NCBI GenBank assembly: GCA_031549495.1
Contig: JAVBPS010000041.1
Location: 9,121-73,120, forward strand
Direction of reading: 5' to 3'
Origin: Rikenellaceae bacterium
GTDB lineage: Bacteria > Bacteroidota > Bacteroidia > Bacteroidales > Rikenellaceae
Length of the DNA stretch: 64,000 nucleotides
Shown here one piece after another: positions 9,001-17,697 of the stretch. The notes under the pieces were generated by a model that did not search any database, had not been told where the DNA came from, and saw only the letters and a program-made list of their open reading frames with translations. Each line of letters starts with the position of its first letter. The first letter of the stretch is position 1. The position numbers and the translations under genes were made by a program.

Positions 9001-9310
9001 GACCGACCGCTGGCCCAGCTACATGGTGGACAGCTACAAGACCGTCACCTCGAACATGTGGGTCGAGGACGGCTCGTACCTCAAACTGAAGGACGTCACG
9101 CTGGGCTACACGCTGCCGCGCAAACTGCTTTCGAAGATCAAGATGAACACCGTGCGCGTCTACCTGACCGGGCAGAACCTCTGGACGTGGACCAATTTCA
9201 GTTGGTACGACCCCGAAACGGGCGACGCCAGCTCGGTCACCGCGGGGCACTACCGATTCAAATACCCCAGCTCGCGTACCTTCATTTTCGGGGTGAACAT
9301 CGACTTTTAA
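6095..9310 (+). CDS. SusC/RagA-family TonB-dependent outer-membrane receptor
   Basis: 1071 aa. Signal peptide, CarboxypepD_reg-like N-terminus (IRGSVKSAASGEPLAGAIVMAEGT), plug motifs (DELVVIGYA, NIRGVGSINSDTEPLYVIDG, VLKDASATAIYGSRGANGVVLVTTK) and a beta-barrel C-terminus ending ...FIFGVNIDF. Confidence 0.96.
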   Translation: MKNLSLFLTLLCVLLLSSGAHAQQIRGSVKSAASGEPLAGAIVMAEGTRAGATTNSKGEFTLTVASLPVRLEVSFVGMESRTVNVTSAERPVQVLLDETAEALDELVVIGYAVVRKSDLTGSVGQMKASQINDSRMISIEQAMAGHLAGVNIVNTSGEPGAGISINIRGVGSINSDTEPLYVIDGMPYIKDAGTEVGNISGLNSATINPMSSLNPQDIQSIEVLKDASATAIYGSRGANGVVLVTTKSGSAGKPRVSISAFVGVSEVSKKIDMLDANTFIDYMAYDRKTEQYITKGDSLRNLAPHYNWQDYLFKRAVKQEYSVGVNGGNNQGTAYSISVNYVDQNGLVKNSDYTRYGARARVDQKIGSKARAGVNLNYAEFTQVGVSSGGSKDTGSDVFQQALSYRPVNVRFNASDLDESGELSGDYNSQTNPFDYLSNALNKTNNTRTTAIAYVQYEFLKGLLFKSSFNYNTTMTNKLGFYPPSIAAGAANGGRGINAYARRYNWAWENIATYKTTFCKKHNFDALAGYTMEQQYARDYSQESQNYPEAYNKLTGVNTGLGLTVLAPVVSEWSSAMVSYFARVNYNYASRYYFTASIRADGSSKFPKGEKFGYFPSAAVAWKASEEPFMKNSKVFSDFKLRASWGLTGNQSIPAYSSLSRYQSVYYSTNTTGGLSPTPRQWAGLAVSSIANPDLTWETTKQFDAGIDISFLRHRLSATVDYYYKKTYDMLLNKPLLYSTGYSRMMYNSGSLRNCGWEVTVQSQNITRKKFSWTTNLNITFNRNKVLDLGENAYLPFNASNTYDEAFVLVPGQAVGTMYGLVYDGVYKFSDYKNFYIDNDPSKYMRPKDEWTAIYNDLVAHPTKAQLVDGVPLYAGSTPLPGNAKFRDLTGEGDINALDRAYIGSSAPKFFGGISNRFTLKDFDLNVFFQFSYGNDLFVSNYQALDGYGTRNVLQWIYDESWKPTPERQTDRWPSYMVDSYKTVTSNMWVEDGSYLKLKDVTLGYTLPRKLLSKIKMNTVRVYLTGQNLWTWTNFSWYDPETGDASSVTAGHYRFKYPSSRTFIFGVNIDF

Positions 9311-9328
9311 CGCAAAAAACGCAAAGCC

Positions 9329-11047
9329 ATGAAAAATAAAATCATATCGCTCTGTCTGCTGCTGAGCCTCGGCCTGGCCTCGTGCGAAACCTCCTTCCTG
9401 GACGAGAAGATGACCACCTCGCTCGGGGGCGGGGAGGTCTACAACTCGGTGGCCAACTTCGAAATGGTGCTCATCGGGGTCTACGACTGCCTGGGTACCC
9501 GTTCGCTGCCCACCATTTCGGGCGTGACCAACTACATGTCCAACTACAACGGCGGCATCTTCATCCTCAACGAGCTGGCCACGGACGAGATGTGCGCCGT
9601 CACCGCCGGGGCCTCCAAGAACCTGGAGATCGAGGAGTTGGACAAAGGCATCCCCACCTCGTCGAACAGCATGGTCGAGGGGGTCTATGCCGGCGCCTTC
9701 ATGATGATCAACCGCGCCAACGACCTGATCGGCAACATCGCCGCGGCCGCGCCCAACCCCCAGCTGACCCAATTCGAAGGCGAAGCGCGTTTCCTGCGCG
9801 CCCTGGGCTACTACAACCTGGTGAGCCTCTACGGGGGCGTGCCCTGCACCGAAACGCCGGGGGCCGACCAGGAGGACAAAGTGATCCCGCGCGCCACGAC
9901 CGAACAGGTCTACGATTTGATCTTCAAGGACCTTGAAAGGGCCTATAACGTGCTGCCCGTATCCTACGCAGGGGTCTACGGCCGGGCGACGAAGACGGCC
10001 GCCGCCGCCCTGCTCGCCCGCGCCAACCTGACCGCCGCGACGATGAAGAAATACGCCTCCATCACCGCCGACCTCAAGCTGGAGGGCAACATCAACAGCT
10101 ACGACTGGGTCGACACCGGCGAATGCTTCACCCGGGCGCGCGACTACGCGGGCAAGGTGATCGAGGTGGGGTACAAGAACGTGACCGACACGCTGGTGCG
10201 CCTCGCGTTCGAGCAGAGTTTCTATCCCTACGAGAACACGCCCGACGTGATCTTCGACGTGCAGTTCGCCGCCAACCTCGCGCAGAGCGAAGGGGGCTGG
10301 GTGGGCTACATGTCGGGCCCCGGGTCGTGGTGCTGGGCGATCCTCTCGCAGAACATCGTCTGGAACTACCAGCCCGTGGGCGCCGCGCTGACCAACGACC
10401 AGCGTTTCCCCAACCCGGCGACCAAAGCCAACTGCGACATGCGCAAGCACAAGACCGTGACCAACTATAACTACACCGCCGGCGGCCAGCTCTGGCCCCC
10501 CACGGCAGCCAACAAGAACTACAACCTGGGTAAGTTCGCCATGGAGCAGAACATCTCCTACGCCAAGCAGAACACCCCGATCAACTACACCGTCCTGCGC
10601 CTGGCCGAGGCCTACCTGATCTGGGCCGAGGCCGACGCCGAGTTGAACGACGGTCCCACGGACAAAGCCTTCGAGATGCTCAACTACGTGCGCCGCCGCG
10701 CCGCCGACGCGAACATCCTGCCCGACATCGTGGAGACGAACCTGTGGAACGACGCCGTGGTCATCCCCATCACGGGGATCATCGCGCAGGACGACCTGGA
10801 GCAGTTCCGCCTGGCGGTGCTGCAGGAGCGCATGTTCGAACTTTGCGGCGAGTCGGTGCGCCGGACCGACCTGATCCGCTCGGGCTGGATCATGCCCATC
10901 CTGCAGAACGTGAACACGAAGTACTACACGGACGGCACGACCATGTATAAACCGCGCCAGATGAAGGCCAACAACATCTTCATGCCCATTCCCAGCCGCG
11001 AGATCGGGCTGAGCAACAACGTGGTCATCCAGAATAGCGGCTATTGA
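9329..11047 (+). CDS. SusD/RagB-family nutrient-binding outer-membrane lipoprotein
   Basis: 572 aa. Lipobox LGLASC, 18 nt after susC, with SusD-like helical motifs (RFLRALGYYNLVSLYGGVP, LRLAEAYLIWAEA). Confidence 0.93.
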   Translation: MKNKIISLCLLLSLGLASCETSFLDEKMTTSLGGGEVYNSVANFEMVLIGVYDCLGTRSLPTISGVTNYMSNYNGGIFILNELATDEMCAVTAGASKNLEIEELDKGIPTSSNSMVEGVYAGAFMMINRANDLIGNIAAAAPNPQLTQFEGEARFLRALGYYNLVSLYGGVPCTETPGADQEDKVIPRATTEQVYDLIFKDLERAYNVLPVSYAGVYGRATKTAAAALLARANLTAATMKKYASITADLKLEGNINSYDWVDTGECFTRARDYAGKVIEVGYKNVTDTLVRLAFEQSFYPYENTPDVIFDVQFAANLAQSEGGWVGYMSGPGSWCWAILSQNIVWNYQPVGAALTNDQRFPNPATKANCDMRKHKTVTNYNYTAGGQLWPPTAANKNYNLGKFAMEQNISYAKQNTPINYTVLRLAEAYLIWAEADAELNDGPTDKAFEMLNYVRRRAADANILPDIVETNLWNDAVVIPITGIIAQDDLEQFRLAVLQERMFELCGESVRRTDLIRSGWIMPILQNVNTKYYTDGTTMYKPRQMKANNIFMPIPSREIGLSNNVVIQNSGY

Positions 11048-11048
11048 T

Positions 11049-12404
11049 ATGATCCGCATACGCCATATTTTCCAGGGATTGCTGGCCGCCTGCCCGCTCG
11101 CCGCTTCGGAGGCGGGCGGCGGGGCGCCCAATATCATCGTCATCCTGACCGACGACCAGGGGGTGGGCGACCTCTCGTGCCAGTGGGCGCGGGATATGCA
11201 GACCCCGAACATCGACCGGCTGTTCACCGGCGGGATGCGCATGGACAACTTCTACGCCAATTCGACCGTCTCCTCGCCCAGCCGGGCGGGGCTGCTCACG
11301 GGGCGTTATCCCGAGATGGTCGGGGTGCAGGGGGTGATCCGCACCGTGCCCACGGCCAGTTGGGGCTACCTCTCGCCCGAGGCGGTGCTGCTGCCTTCCG
11401 TTTTGAAGCAGGCGGGCTACGCCACGGCCCATATCGGTAAATGGCACCTGGGTCTGGAAAGTCCCAACCTGCCCAACGAGCGGGGCTTCGATCGGTTCCA
11501 CGGCTTTCTGGGCGACATGATGGACGACTACTACACCCACGTGCGCCAGGATCACAACTACATGCGCCTGAACGACAAGCAGATCGACCCGAAAGGACAT
11601 GCCACCGAGCTTTTCACCTCGTGGGCGGTCGACTACATCCGCTCGCGGGCGGGCAACAAGCAACCCTTCTTCCTCTACCTGGCCTACAACGCCCCGCATG
11701 TCCCCCTGCAGCCGCCCACCCAGTGGGAAGAGCGGGTGAAGGCGCGCGAAAAGGGCATCGACCCCACGCGCGCCAAACTGGTCGCCCTGATCGAGCACCT
11801 GGACGATAACGTGGGTAAGGTGATCGCGGCGCTGGAGCGGACCGGACAGTTGGAAAATACCCTGATCGTCTACGCCTCGGACAACGGCGGGCAGGAGTCG
11901 GTGATGGCCGACAACGGTCCTTACCGCGGCGGGAAGGGCGATATGTACGACGGCGGCATCCGCGTGCCGTGCGCCTTCTACTGGAAGGGGACGATCGCCC
12001 CGGCACGCTGCGAGCGGCTCGTGATGATGTCCGATATCTTCCCCACGGTGTGCGAGGCCGCCTCGGCGACCTTCACGCACTGCATCGACGGGGTCTCGGT
12101 GCTGCCCACCCTGCTGGGCAAGGAACAGCAGACCGACGGGCGCTACGTCTACTGGATGCGGCGCGAACACGGCGATCTGGGGGGCAAGACGCAGAACGCC
12201 GTGATACACGACGGGATGAAACTGTTGCAGAACCGCCCCTTCGAGGCGATGCAGCTCTTCGACCTGAGTAACGACCCTTACGAGAAGAACCCCCTGCCGC
12301 TGAAAGGCGAGGCGTTCACCTCGCTCTATAAGAACATGATGGAACATTACCGGCTTACCGGGGCGGTGCCCTGGCAGAAGCCGCAGGAAAAGACCGAACG
12401 ATGA
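11049..12404 (+). CDS. Sulfatase (formylglycine-dependent, Ser-type)
   Basis: 451 aa. Signal peptide, NIIVILTDDQGVGD, and the signature S-S-P-S-R-A-G-L-L-T-G-R with the predicted FGly serine codon at 11271..11273. The start lies 1 nt after the susD stop. Confidence 0.93.
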   Translation: MIRIRHIFQGLLAACPLAASEAGGGAPNIIVILTDDQGVGDLSCQWARDMQTPNIDRLFTGGMRMDNFYANSTVSSPSRAGLLTGRYPEMVGVQGVIRTVPTASWGYLSPEAVLLPSVLKQAGYATAHIGKWHLGLESPNLPNERGFDRFHGFLGDMMDDYYTHVRQDHNYMRLNDKQIDPKGHATELFTSWAVDYIRSRAGNKQPFFLYLAYNAPHVPLQPPTQWEERVKAREKGIDPTRAKLVALIEHLDDNVGKVIAALERTGQLENTLIVYASDNGGQESVMADNGPYRGGKGDMYDGGIRVPCAFYWKGTIAPARCERLVMMSDIFPTVCEAASATFTHCIDGVSVLPTLLGKEQQTDGRYVYWMRREHGDLGGKTQNAVIHDGMKLLQNRPFEAMQLFDLSNDPYEKNPLPLKGEAFTSLYKNMMEHYRLTGAVPWQKPQEKTER

Positions 12405-14563
12405 AACTTTGCCTCAAACTGACCTTCACGGCGCTCGCGGCGCTGTGCCTCGCGGCCGCAGGTTGTGCGGACGGGGATACCATCGATTTGCGCCAACCCG
12501 CCGCCCAGGGTATTTATTTCTCCGCGGACGGCGCGATGCAGCCCGATTCGTGCGGGATGCTGAAAACCTACACGCTGCTGCTGCCCGGCTATGCGAAGGG
12601 CGTCTACCTCGCCCAGGACAGCTATTACGATTACTGGCAGGTGAACGGCAACCGCGTGCTGCCGTGGTATTTCACCCCCGCCACCCTCTGCCCGGTCTTC
12701 ACCGGGCCGGCCTACGGCGTGGACGGCAAGCAGAATCCGGCCTATGCCGTCGCCTCGGCTAAGGGACGCAAGCGGCAGGTCTCGCGCCACGGGGTGCTCA
12801 TGCACCTGGCGTTGGACGACGGGCGCTATATGGCGCTGCTGCCGATGGCGGGCCCCGAAGCGGTGTCGTGGCTCTATGTGACTGAGCAGGGCGCGGTCGA
12901 GGTGCAGCTTTGCACGCACGGCACCGAGGCGGTCCAGGGCCCCGTGGCCGCGCTGGCGTGGGCTGTCGGGCAGAACGCCAACGAAGCGTGCTGGAACCTT
13001 TTCAGCGCGCTGGAACGGGACGAGAGGCTGCCCCGCAGCTTCCGCCTGCGCTACCAAAAGGAGTATCCCGAGCCTTTCCGTTACCTGGGATGGTGCACCT
13101 GGGAAGAGTATAAAAAGAGCATCGACGCGCGGATCGTGCTCGACGACCTGGCCAAACTGCGCAAAGGGACGTTGCCCGTGCGCTACGCGATCGTCGACGA
13201 CGGGCACCTGTCCGCCGACCGCGACACGACCGGCGGCAAGGCCAACCGGCTGTCGAGCTTCCGCCCCAACGAGAAATTCCCGGACGGGTTCGCCCCCATC
13301 CTGGCCATGCGGGACACCGCCACGATGCGTTGGTTCGGCCTGTGGCACAACATGAACGGCTATTGGGGCGGTTTCAGCCCACGCAACGATTTCGGCGAGC
13401 GGGTGAACGCCGCCATGCGCACCATCGAAAAAACGGGCATGTACGTGCCGAAGAACGACCCCGGGTCGATCGCCACGGTCTACGGCGCTTTCCTGGGCCG
13501 GGCGGCCGACGACGGCTTCGACTTCCTGAAGGTCGACTGGCAGGCGGCCAACCTCTACCAGTTGAACCATTCGGAGAACGCCGCCGCGCAGGCCTTCGCC
13601 ACCTCGCGCGTGGTGGACGATATCGCCCACGAGCGTTTTTCCGACGGGATGATCAACTGCATGGCGATGAACAACGTGGTACTGCTCAACACCCGGTACA
13701 CGAACGTCACGCGCGTGAGCATCGACTATAAATTGGGCAACCCGTTCATGGCCAAGGAGCACCTGCTGCAATCCTACGCCAACGCCCTGCACATGGGGCA
13801 GACCGTCTGGGGCGACCACGACATGTTCCACTCCTCGGATCCGGTCTGCGGCCGGGTGATGGCGCTCTCCAAGGCGCTCTCGGGCGGGCCGGTCTACCTT
13901 TCCGACGCGCCGGAGCGGATCGACGCCGGGATGGTGCGGCCGCTGTGCTACGCCGACGGGGAGCTGATCCGGCCCCTGGCGCCCGCGGCGGCGCTTACCC
14001 GCTCGCTCTTCTCCTCGCCCATCAACGACACGGTGGCCTACTGCGTCTGCGCCCCCCTGGCGAACGGGGCGGCGGCGGTGGCGGCCTACAACCTGTGCGC
14101 CGAGACGTTGGCGGTACAAGGAAGCGTCTCGGCCGGGGACTACCGGGCCGCGGGGACTTACCTGCAACCCTACCGGGGCGAGTGGGAGGTGCCCGCGCAG
14201 GGGCTTTACCTGTATGACTATTTCGCGGGGATGGGCGCCGTGCTGGATGGGGATTATTCGTTCAGCATCGACCGCTTCGGCGACCGCTATTTTTTGATGC
14301 TGCCCGTGGAGCAGCAATGGGCCGTGGTCGGCCGCGCGGACAAATACCTCGCGCCCGCCACCGTGAGCGATGTAAAATACTACGAATCCAGCCTCTCGTT
14401 CACCCTGGCCGAAGCGGGCCCGGTGCGCCTGTGGTCCGCCTGGGGCGAACTTTCGGCCCCCGGGATCACCTTCACCGACCTGGGCGACGGGCTCTGGGAG
14501 GGCCGCATGCCCGAAGGGGAACGGAATCTCAGGGTCACCGTGAACCGGAAGGATAAAGAATAA
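12401..14563 (+). CDS. Clan GH-D glycosidase-like lipoprotein, raffinose synthase/Sip1-type (GH36-related)
   Basis: 720 aa. Lipobox LAAAGC. Motifs YLGWCTWEEY, YAIVDDGH, FLKVDWQ and WGDHDMFHS resemble the GWCTW / KVD / DWDMF signatures of the raffinose-synthase/Sip1 family. The ATG overlaps the sulfatase stop (ATGA). Confidence 0.7.
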   Translation: MKLCLKLTFTALAALCLAAAGCADGDTIDLRQPAAQGIYFSADGAMQPDSCGMLKTYTLLLPGYAKGVYLAQDSYYDYWQVNGNRVLPWYFTPATLCPVFTGPAYGVDGKQNPAYAVASAKGRKRQVSRHGVLMHLALDDGRYMALLPMAGPEAVSWLYVTEQGAVEVQLCTHGTEAVQGPVAALAWAVGQNANEACWNLFSALERDERLPRSFRLRYQKEYPEPFRYLGWCTWEEYKKSIDARIVLDDLAKLRKGTLPVRYAIVDDGHLSADRDTTGGKANRLSSFRPNEKFPDGFAPILAMRDTATMRWFGLWHNMNGYWGGFSPRNDFGERVNAAMRTIEKTGMYVPKNDPGSIATVYGAFLGRAADDGFDFLKVDWQAANLYQLNHSENAAAQAFATSRVVDDIAHERFSDGMINCMAMNNVVLLNTRYTNVTRVSIDYKLGNPFMAKEHLLQSYANALHMGQTVWGDHDMFHSSDPVCGRVMALSKALSGGPVYLSDAPERIDAGMVRPLCYADGELIRPLAPAAALTRSLFSSPINDTVAYCVCAPLANGAAAVAAYNLCAETLAVQGSVSAGDYRAAGTYLQPYRGEWEVPAQGLYLYDYFAGMGAVLDGDYSFSIDRFGDRYFLMLPVEQQWAVVGRADKYLAPATVSDVKYYESSLSFTLAEAGPVRLWSAWGELSAPGITFTDLGDGLWEGRMPEGERNLRVTVNRKDKE

Positions 14564-14604
14564 ACACGCTTGTAAAAACGTTATTTTAACTGAAATACGC
14601 AACC

Positions 14605-15684
14605 ATGAAAACCATATTCCATATCGCCCTGGCCGCCTGCCTGTGTACGATCTCGTGCAGCGGCTACGCCGGAGACAAAGGCACCGCACCCGCCGCGACG
14701 ACCCCGCGCGGAGGGATGCTCTATTTTGCCTCCTACGGTTACGAGAACATTCCGGAAGTGATCCAGAATCCCTATATCCTCGGCGGGTTCTACACCATGC
14801 ACTGGTCGGAGATCGAGACGAAAAAAGGCGTTTTCGACTGGAAAGCGTTCGACCGTGAACTCAAACCGTGGTTCGACGCGGGCAAAAAAGTAGTCCTGCG
14901 GATCATGTGGTCGAGCAGCGGCTACTGGAAGAACCCGGCCGCCGCCACCCCCACCCCCGCCTGGGTCTGGAAAGAAGGGGCGAAATACGCCTACCACCCC
15001 GAGAGCAAAACGGAAATCCCGCTAATCTGGGACCCCATTTTCAAAGAGTACGCGATGAAGTTCATCGCCGAGATGGCCCGCCATTTCGACGGTAATCCCA
15101 ACGTGCTTTTCTTCGACGTCACGCCCGGCGCGGAGACCAACCCTTACCGCTTCGGCACGATCAACCTGCGCGACCCCGGGTTCAAAGACACCTTCGCCGC
15201 GGTCAAGGCGAGCGACGGACGCACCTATTCGAACGAGGTGTGGGTGGAAACGGTCACGGACTGGATCCGCAGCACGGCGGCGATCATCACCAAGACCCCC
15301 TGCCTGGTGACCCTGAACGTGGGCAGCCTGGACGGGACGAACAATTTCCCCGTTTTCGGACAATGCGCCGTGGACAACGGCATGTACGTGGGCCAGAACG
15401 GGCTGAACGAGAAGAGCTACAACGACAACGACCAGGCCCGCACGCTGCTCTTCCGCGAGTGGGCGAAAAAGACCAAGCTCTGCTTCGAGATGGTCCACGC
15501 CGCCGAGACCTCCAACACCGGCACGCTGATGGGGGTGATGCAGGCCGCCGAGCGCATCGGGTGCGACTACCTGAACGTCTACGCGATCGACGTAGTCAAA
15601 AGCACCCCGGCGATCCCGGCCACCTACCAGCCCCGCTGGGAAGAGGCGATGAAATACGGATACGATTACTTTAACGGGAAATGA
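14605..15684 (+). CDS. Uncharacterised secreted lipoprotein, putative TIM-barrel glycoside hydrolase (paralog A)
   Basis: 359 aa. Lipobox TISC. GFYTMHWSEIETKKGVFDW...KKVVLRIMW...LFFDVTPGAETNPYRFG...CFEMVHAAE resembles a clan GH-A / GH42-like (beta/alpha)8 fold. No family assignment is possible by eye. Confidence 0.55.
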   Translation: MKTIFHIALAACLCTISCSGYAGDKGTAPAATTPRGGMLYFASYGYENIPEVIQNPYILGGFYTMHWSEIETKKGVFDWKAFDRELKPWFDAGKKVVLRIMWSSSGYWKNPAAATPTPAWVWKEGAKYAYHPESKTEIPLIWDPIFKEYAMKFIAEMARHFDGNPNVLFFDVTPGAETNPYRFGTINLRDPGFKDTFAAVKASDGRTYSNEVWVETVTDWIRSTAAIITKTPCLVTLNVGSLDGTNNFPVFGQCAVDNGMYVGQNGLNEKSYNDNDQARTLLFREWAKKTKLCFEMVHAAETSNTGTLMGVMQAAERIGCDYLNVYAIDVVKSTPAIPATYQPRWEEAMKYGYDYFNGK

Positions 15685-16781
15685 GAACGCGACTCTCCAT
15701 ACTCGCCGCCACGTTGCTGCTGGCCCTTTCGTGCGACGCCGCGGATAAGGGCAAGCCCGTCACGCCCGCGCCGCAGCCGCAAGGTCGCCTCGGCGGGCTG
15801 CTCTACTTCGCCAGCTACGGCAACACGGAGCGGGACGTCGTGCTGAAAAACCCCTATATCGCCGGGGCGGTGCTCACCTTCTACTGGAGCGAGGTGGAGC
15901 CGCAGCAAGGCGTTTACGACTGGAGCCGCATCGACGGCTTCGTGGAAAAATGGGGAAAAGCCGGTAAAAAAGTCGCCCTGCGCCCGATCTGGTGTTCCAC
16001 GGGCCTGTGGCCCGACCCGCGCGCCAAACGGCCCACGCCCGCGTGGCTGTGGCAAAAAGGGGCGAAATACCTCCACGAGCCCAACAGCGACACCGAGATC
16101 CCGCTCTTCTGGGATCCCGTCTACCAGGAGCATGCGCTCAAACTGATGACGGCGCTCAACGCCCGCTACGGCAACGATGAGCGAATTCTTTTCTTCTGCA
16201 TCACCCCCGGCTACGAGACCATTCCGTACCATTACGGCAAGACCGAAGAGGCGAATCCGGGATTCCTGGCCACCTACCTGGCCGCGCATGACAGCGCAGG
16301 GCGCACTTATTCCGCGGAGTTGTGGCGGCAGACGGGGCTCGCGTGGATCGACGCCTGCACCGGGATCTTCACGGCCAAACCGACGTGCGTGTCGCTCAAC
16401 ACCGGGGGCCTGCCGGGCGACGCGGACAATTTCGACGTTTTCGGGCAGCGCGCCTTCGAAAAGGGCGTCTACCTGGGGCAAAACGGCATCAAGGGAAGCA
16501 GCTACACGAATCCCAACGGGGGCCGCTATAAATCTTTCATGAAATGGGAGGCCGCCGGGGGCGTCGTCTTCCAGGAGATGGCCCTCGCGGCGGGCAACGT
16601 CGACCGCGGCGTGGGGACGCTGATGGAGGTGATGCAGGCGGCCCTGCGCATCAAAACGGCCTGGCTGAACGTCTATGCCGTGGATGTGGAAAAAGGGACG
16701 AAAGGCTCCGCGAAATACGATCCCGCATCGGAAGAGGCGCTCAAATTCGGCGCCGCGAACATTTATAAGATCGTGCCATGA
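15681..16781 (+). CDS. Uncharacterised secreted lipoprotein, putative TIM-barrel glycoside hydrolase (paralog B of 14605..15684)
   Basis: 366 aa. Lipobox ALSC. Collinear with paralog A (LYFASYG, NPYI.G, F.WSE.E...GV.DW, KKV.LR, TPAW.W..GAKY, TEIPL.WDP, FF..TPG.ET.PY..G). The ATG overlaps the upstream stop (ATGA). Confidence 0.55.
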   Translation: MRTRLSILAATLLLALSCDAADKGKPVTPAPQPQGRLGGLLYFASYGNTERDVVLKNPYIAGAVLTFYWSEVEPQQGVYDWSRIDGFVEKWGKAGKKVALRPIWCSTGLWPDPRAKRPTPAWLWQKGAKYLHEPNSDTEIPLFWDPVYQEHALKLMTALNARYGNDERILFFCITPGYETIPYHYGKTEEANPGFLATYLAAHDSAGRTYSAELWRQTGLAWIDACTGIFTAKPTCVSLNTGGLPGDADNFDVFGQRAFEKGVYLGQNGIKGSSYTNPNGGRYKSFMKWEAAGGVVFQEMALAAGNVDRGVGTLMEVMQAALRIKTAWLNVYAVDVEKGTKGSAKYDPASEEALKFGAANIYKIVP

Positions 16782-17677
16782 GAAAGAACCTGCTCGCAAC
16801 AATACTCTCCCTGTTCGTCGTCGCTTTTGCCGCGGCGCAGGGAAATATCCCCGGCCTGGGGAAGAAAATAGCGGACGTCGCCTACGCCGACGTGTCGCCT
16901 GTGCAGAAGCTCGATATTTACCTTCCTTCGGGGGGTAAAGCGCCCTACCCCGTGGTCATCTGGGTGCACGGCGGGGGGTGGCAGTCGGGCGATAAGGCGC
17001 AGTGCCGTCCGGCTCAGGCAGGGTTGCCGCGCGGTTACGCGGTGGTGTCGGTGGGGTATCGCCTGAGCGGCGAGGCCACCTTCCCGGCCAATATCCACGA
17101 TGTGAAGGCCGCCATCCGCTGGGTGCGCGGCAACGGCGCGCAATACGGGCTCGACCCCGACCGCCTCGCCCTGTTCGGCAGTTCGGCGGGCGGCCACCTG
17201 GTCGCGCTGGCCGCAACCTCGGCGGGCGACGCGCGCCTGGAAGGCCCCGAGGCGGGGGATCCCGAAATATCCTGCGCGGTACGCGCCGTGGTCGACTGGT
17301 TCGGTCCCACGAACCTGGACAAAATGGATGACTATTACCGGCAGCGCGGCATCAATTCCATGCGCCATTCGAAACCCGATTCGCCCGCCTCGCGCATGCT
17401 GGGGGCCCCCGTGCTCGACGCGCCCGAACGGGCGAAAGCCGCCGATCCGGCGAACTACATCTCGGCCTCGACGCCTCCTTTTTTGATCATGCACGGCAAG
17501 GCGGACGGGACGGTGCCTTACGAAATGTCGGTCTACCTGGCCGAAAAACTCAACGCCCAACGCGAAGGGCTGGCCGTGCTGCGCCTGCTGGAGGGGCTGA
17601 AACACGGCGGACCGGAGTTCTTCGCGCCCGAAGTCATCGGGGAGGTTTACGACTTCCTGGACAAGTATATGAAATAA
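16778..17677 (+). CDS. Alpha/beta-hydrolase esterase (HGGG / GxSxG, hormone-sensitive-lipase-like fold)
   Basis: 299 aa. Signal peptide, VVIWVHGGGWQSGDK oxyanion motif and LFGSSAGGHL nucleophile elbow. The ATG overlaps the upstream stop. Confidence 0.85.
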   Translation: MRKNLLATILSLFVVAFAAAQGNIPGLGKKIADVAYADVSPVQKLDIYLPSGGKAPYPVVIWVHGGGWQSGDKAQCRPAQAGLPRGYAVVSVGYRLSGEATFPANIHDVKAAIRWVRGNGAQYGLDPDRLALFGSSAGGHLVALAATSAGDARLEGPEAGDPEISCAVRAVVDWFGPTNLDKMDDYYRQRGINSMRHSKPDSPASRMLGAPVLDAPERAKAADPANYISASTPPFLIMHGKADGTVPYEMSVYLAEKLNAQREGLAVLRLLEGLKHGGPEFFAPEVIGEVYDFLDKYMK

Positions 17678-17697
17678 AACCTAAAACGAACATAACT

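Noticed and set aside
7256-11248. A 1330-aa ORF on the minus strand, plus similar giants at 30902..34243, 12347..14689, 43766..45961, 51829..54153, 2452..4290, 41167..42987, 47702..49486, 20682..21863, 27276..28772 and others.
   Set aside because: All lie antisense to, or out of frame with, genes that have clear family motifs. Their translations are low-complexity Arg/Gly/Ala/Val/His-rich strings with no motifs. Long stop-free antisense frames are expected in GC-rich DNA with strong GC3 bias.
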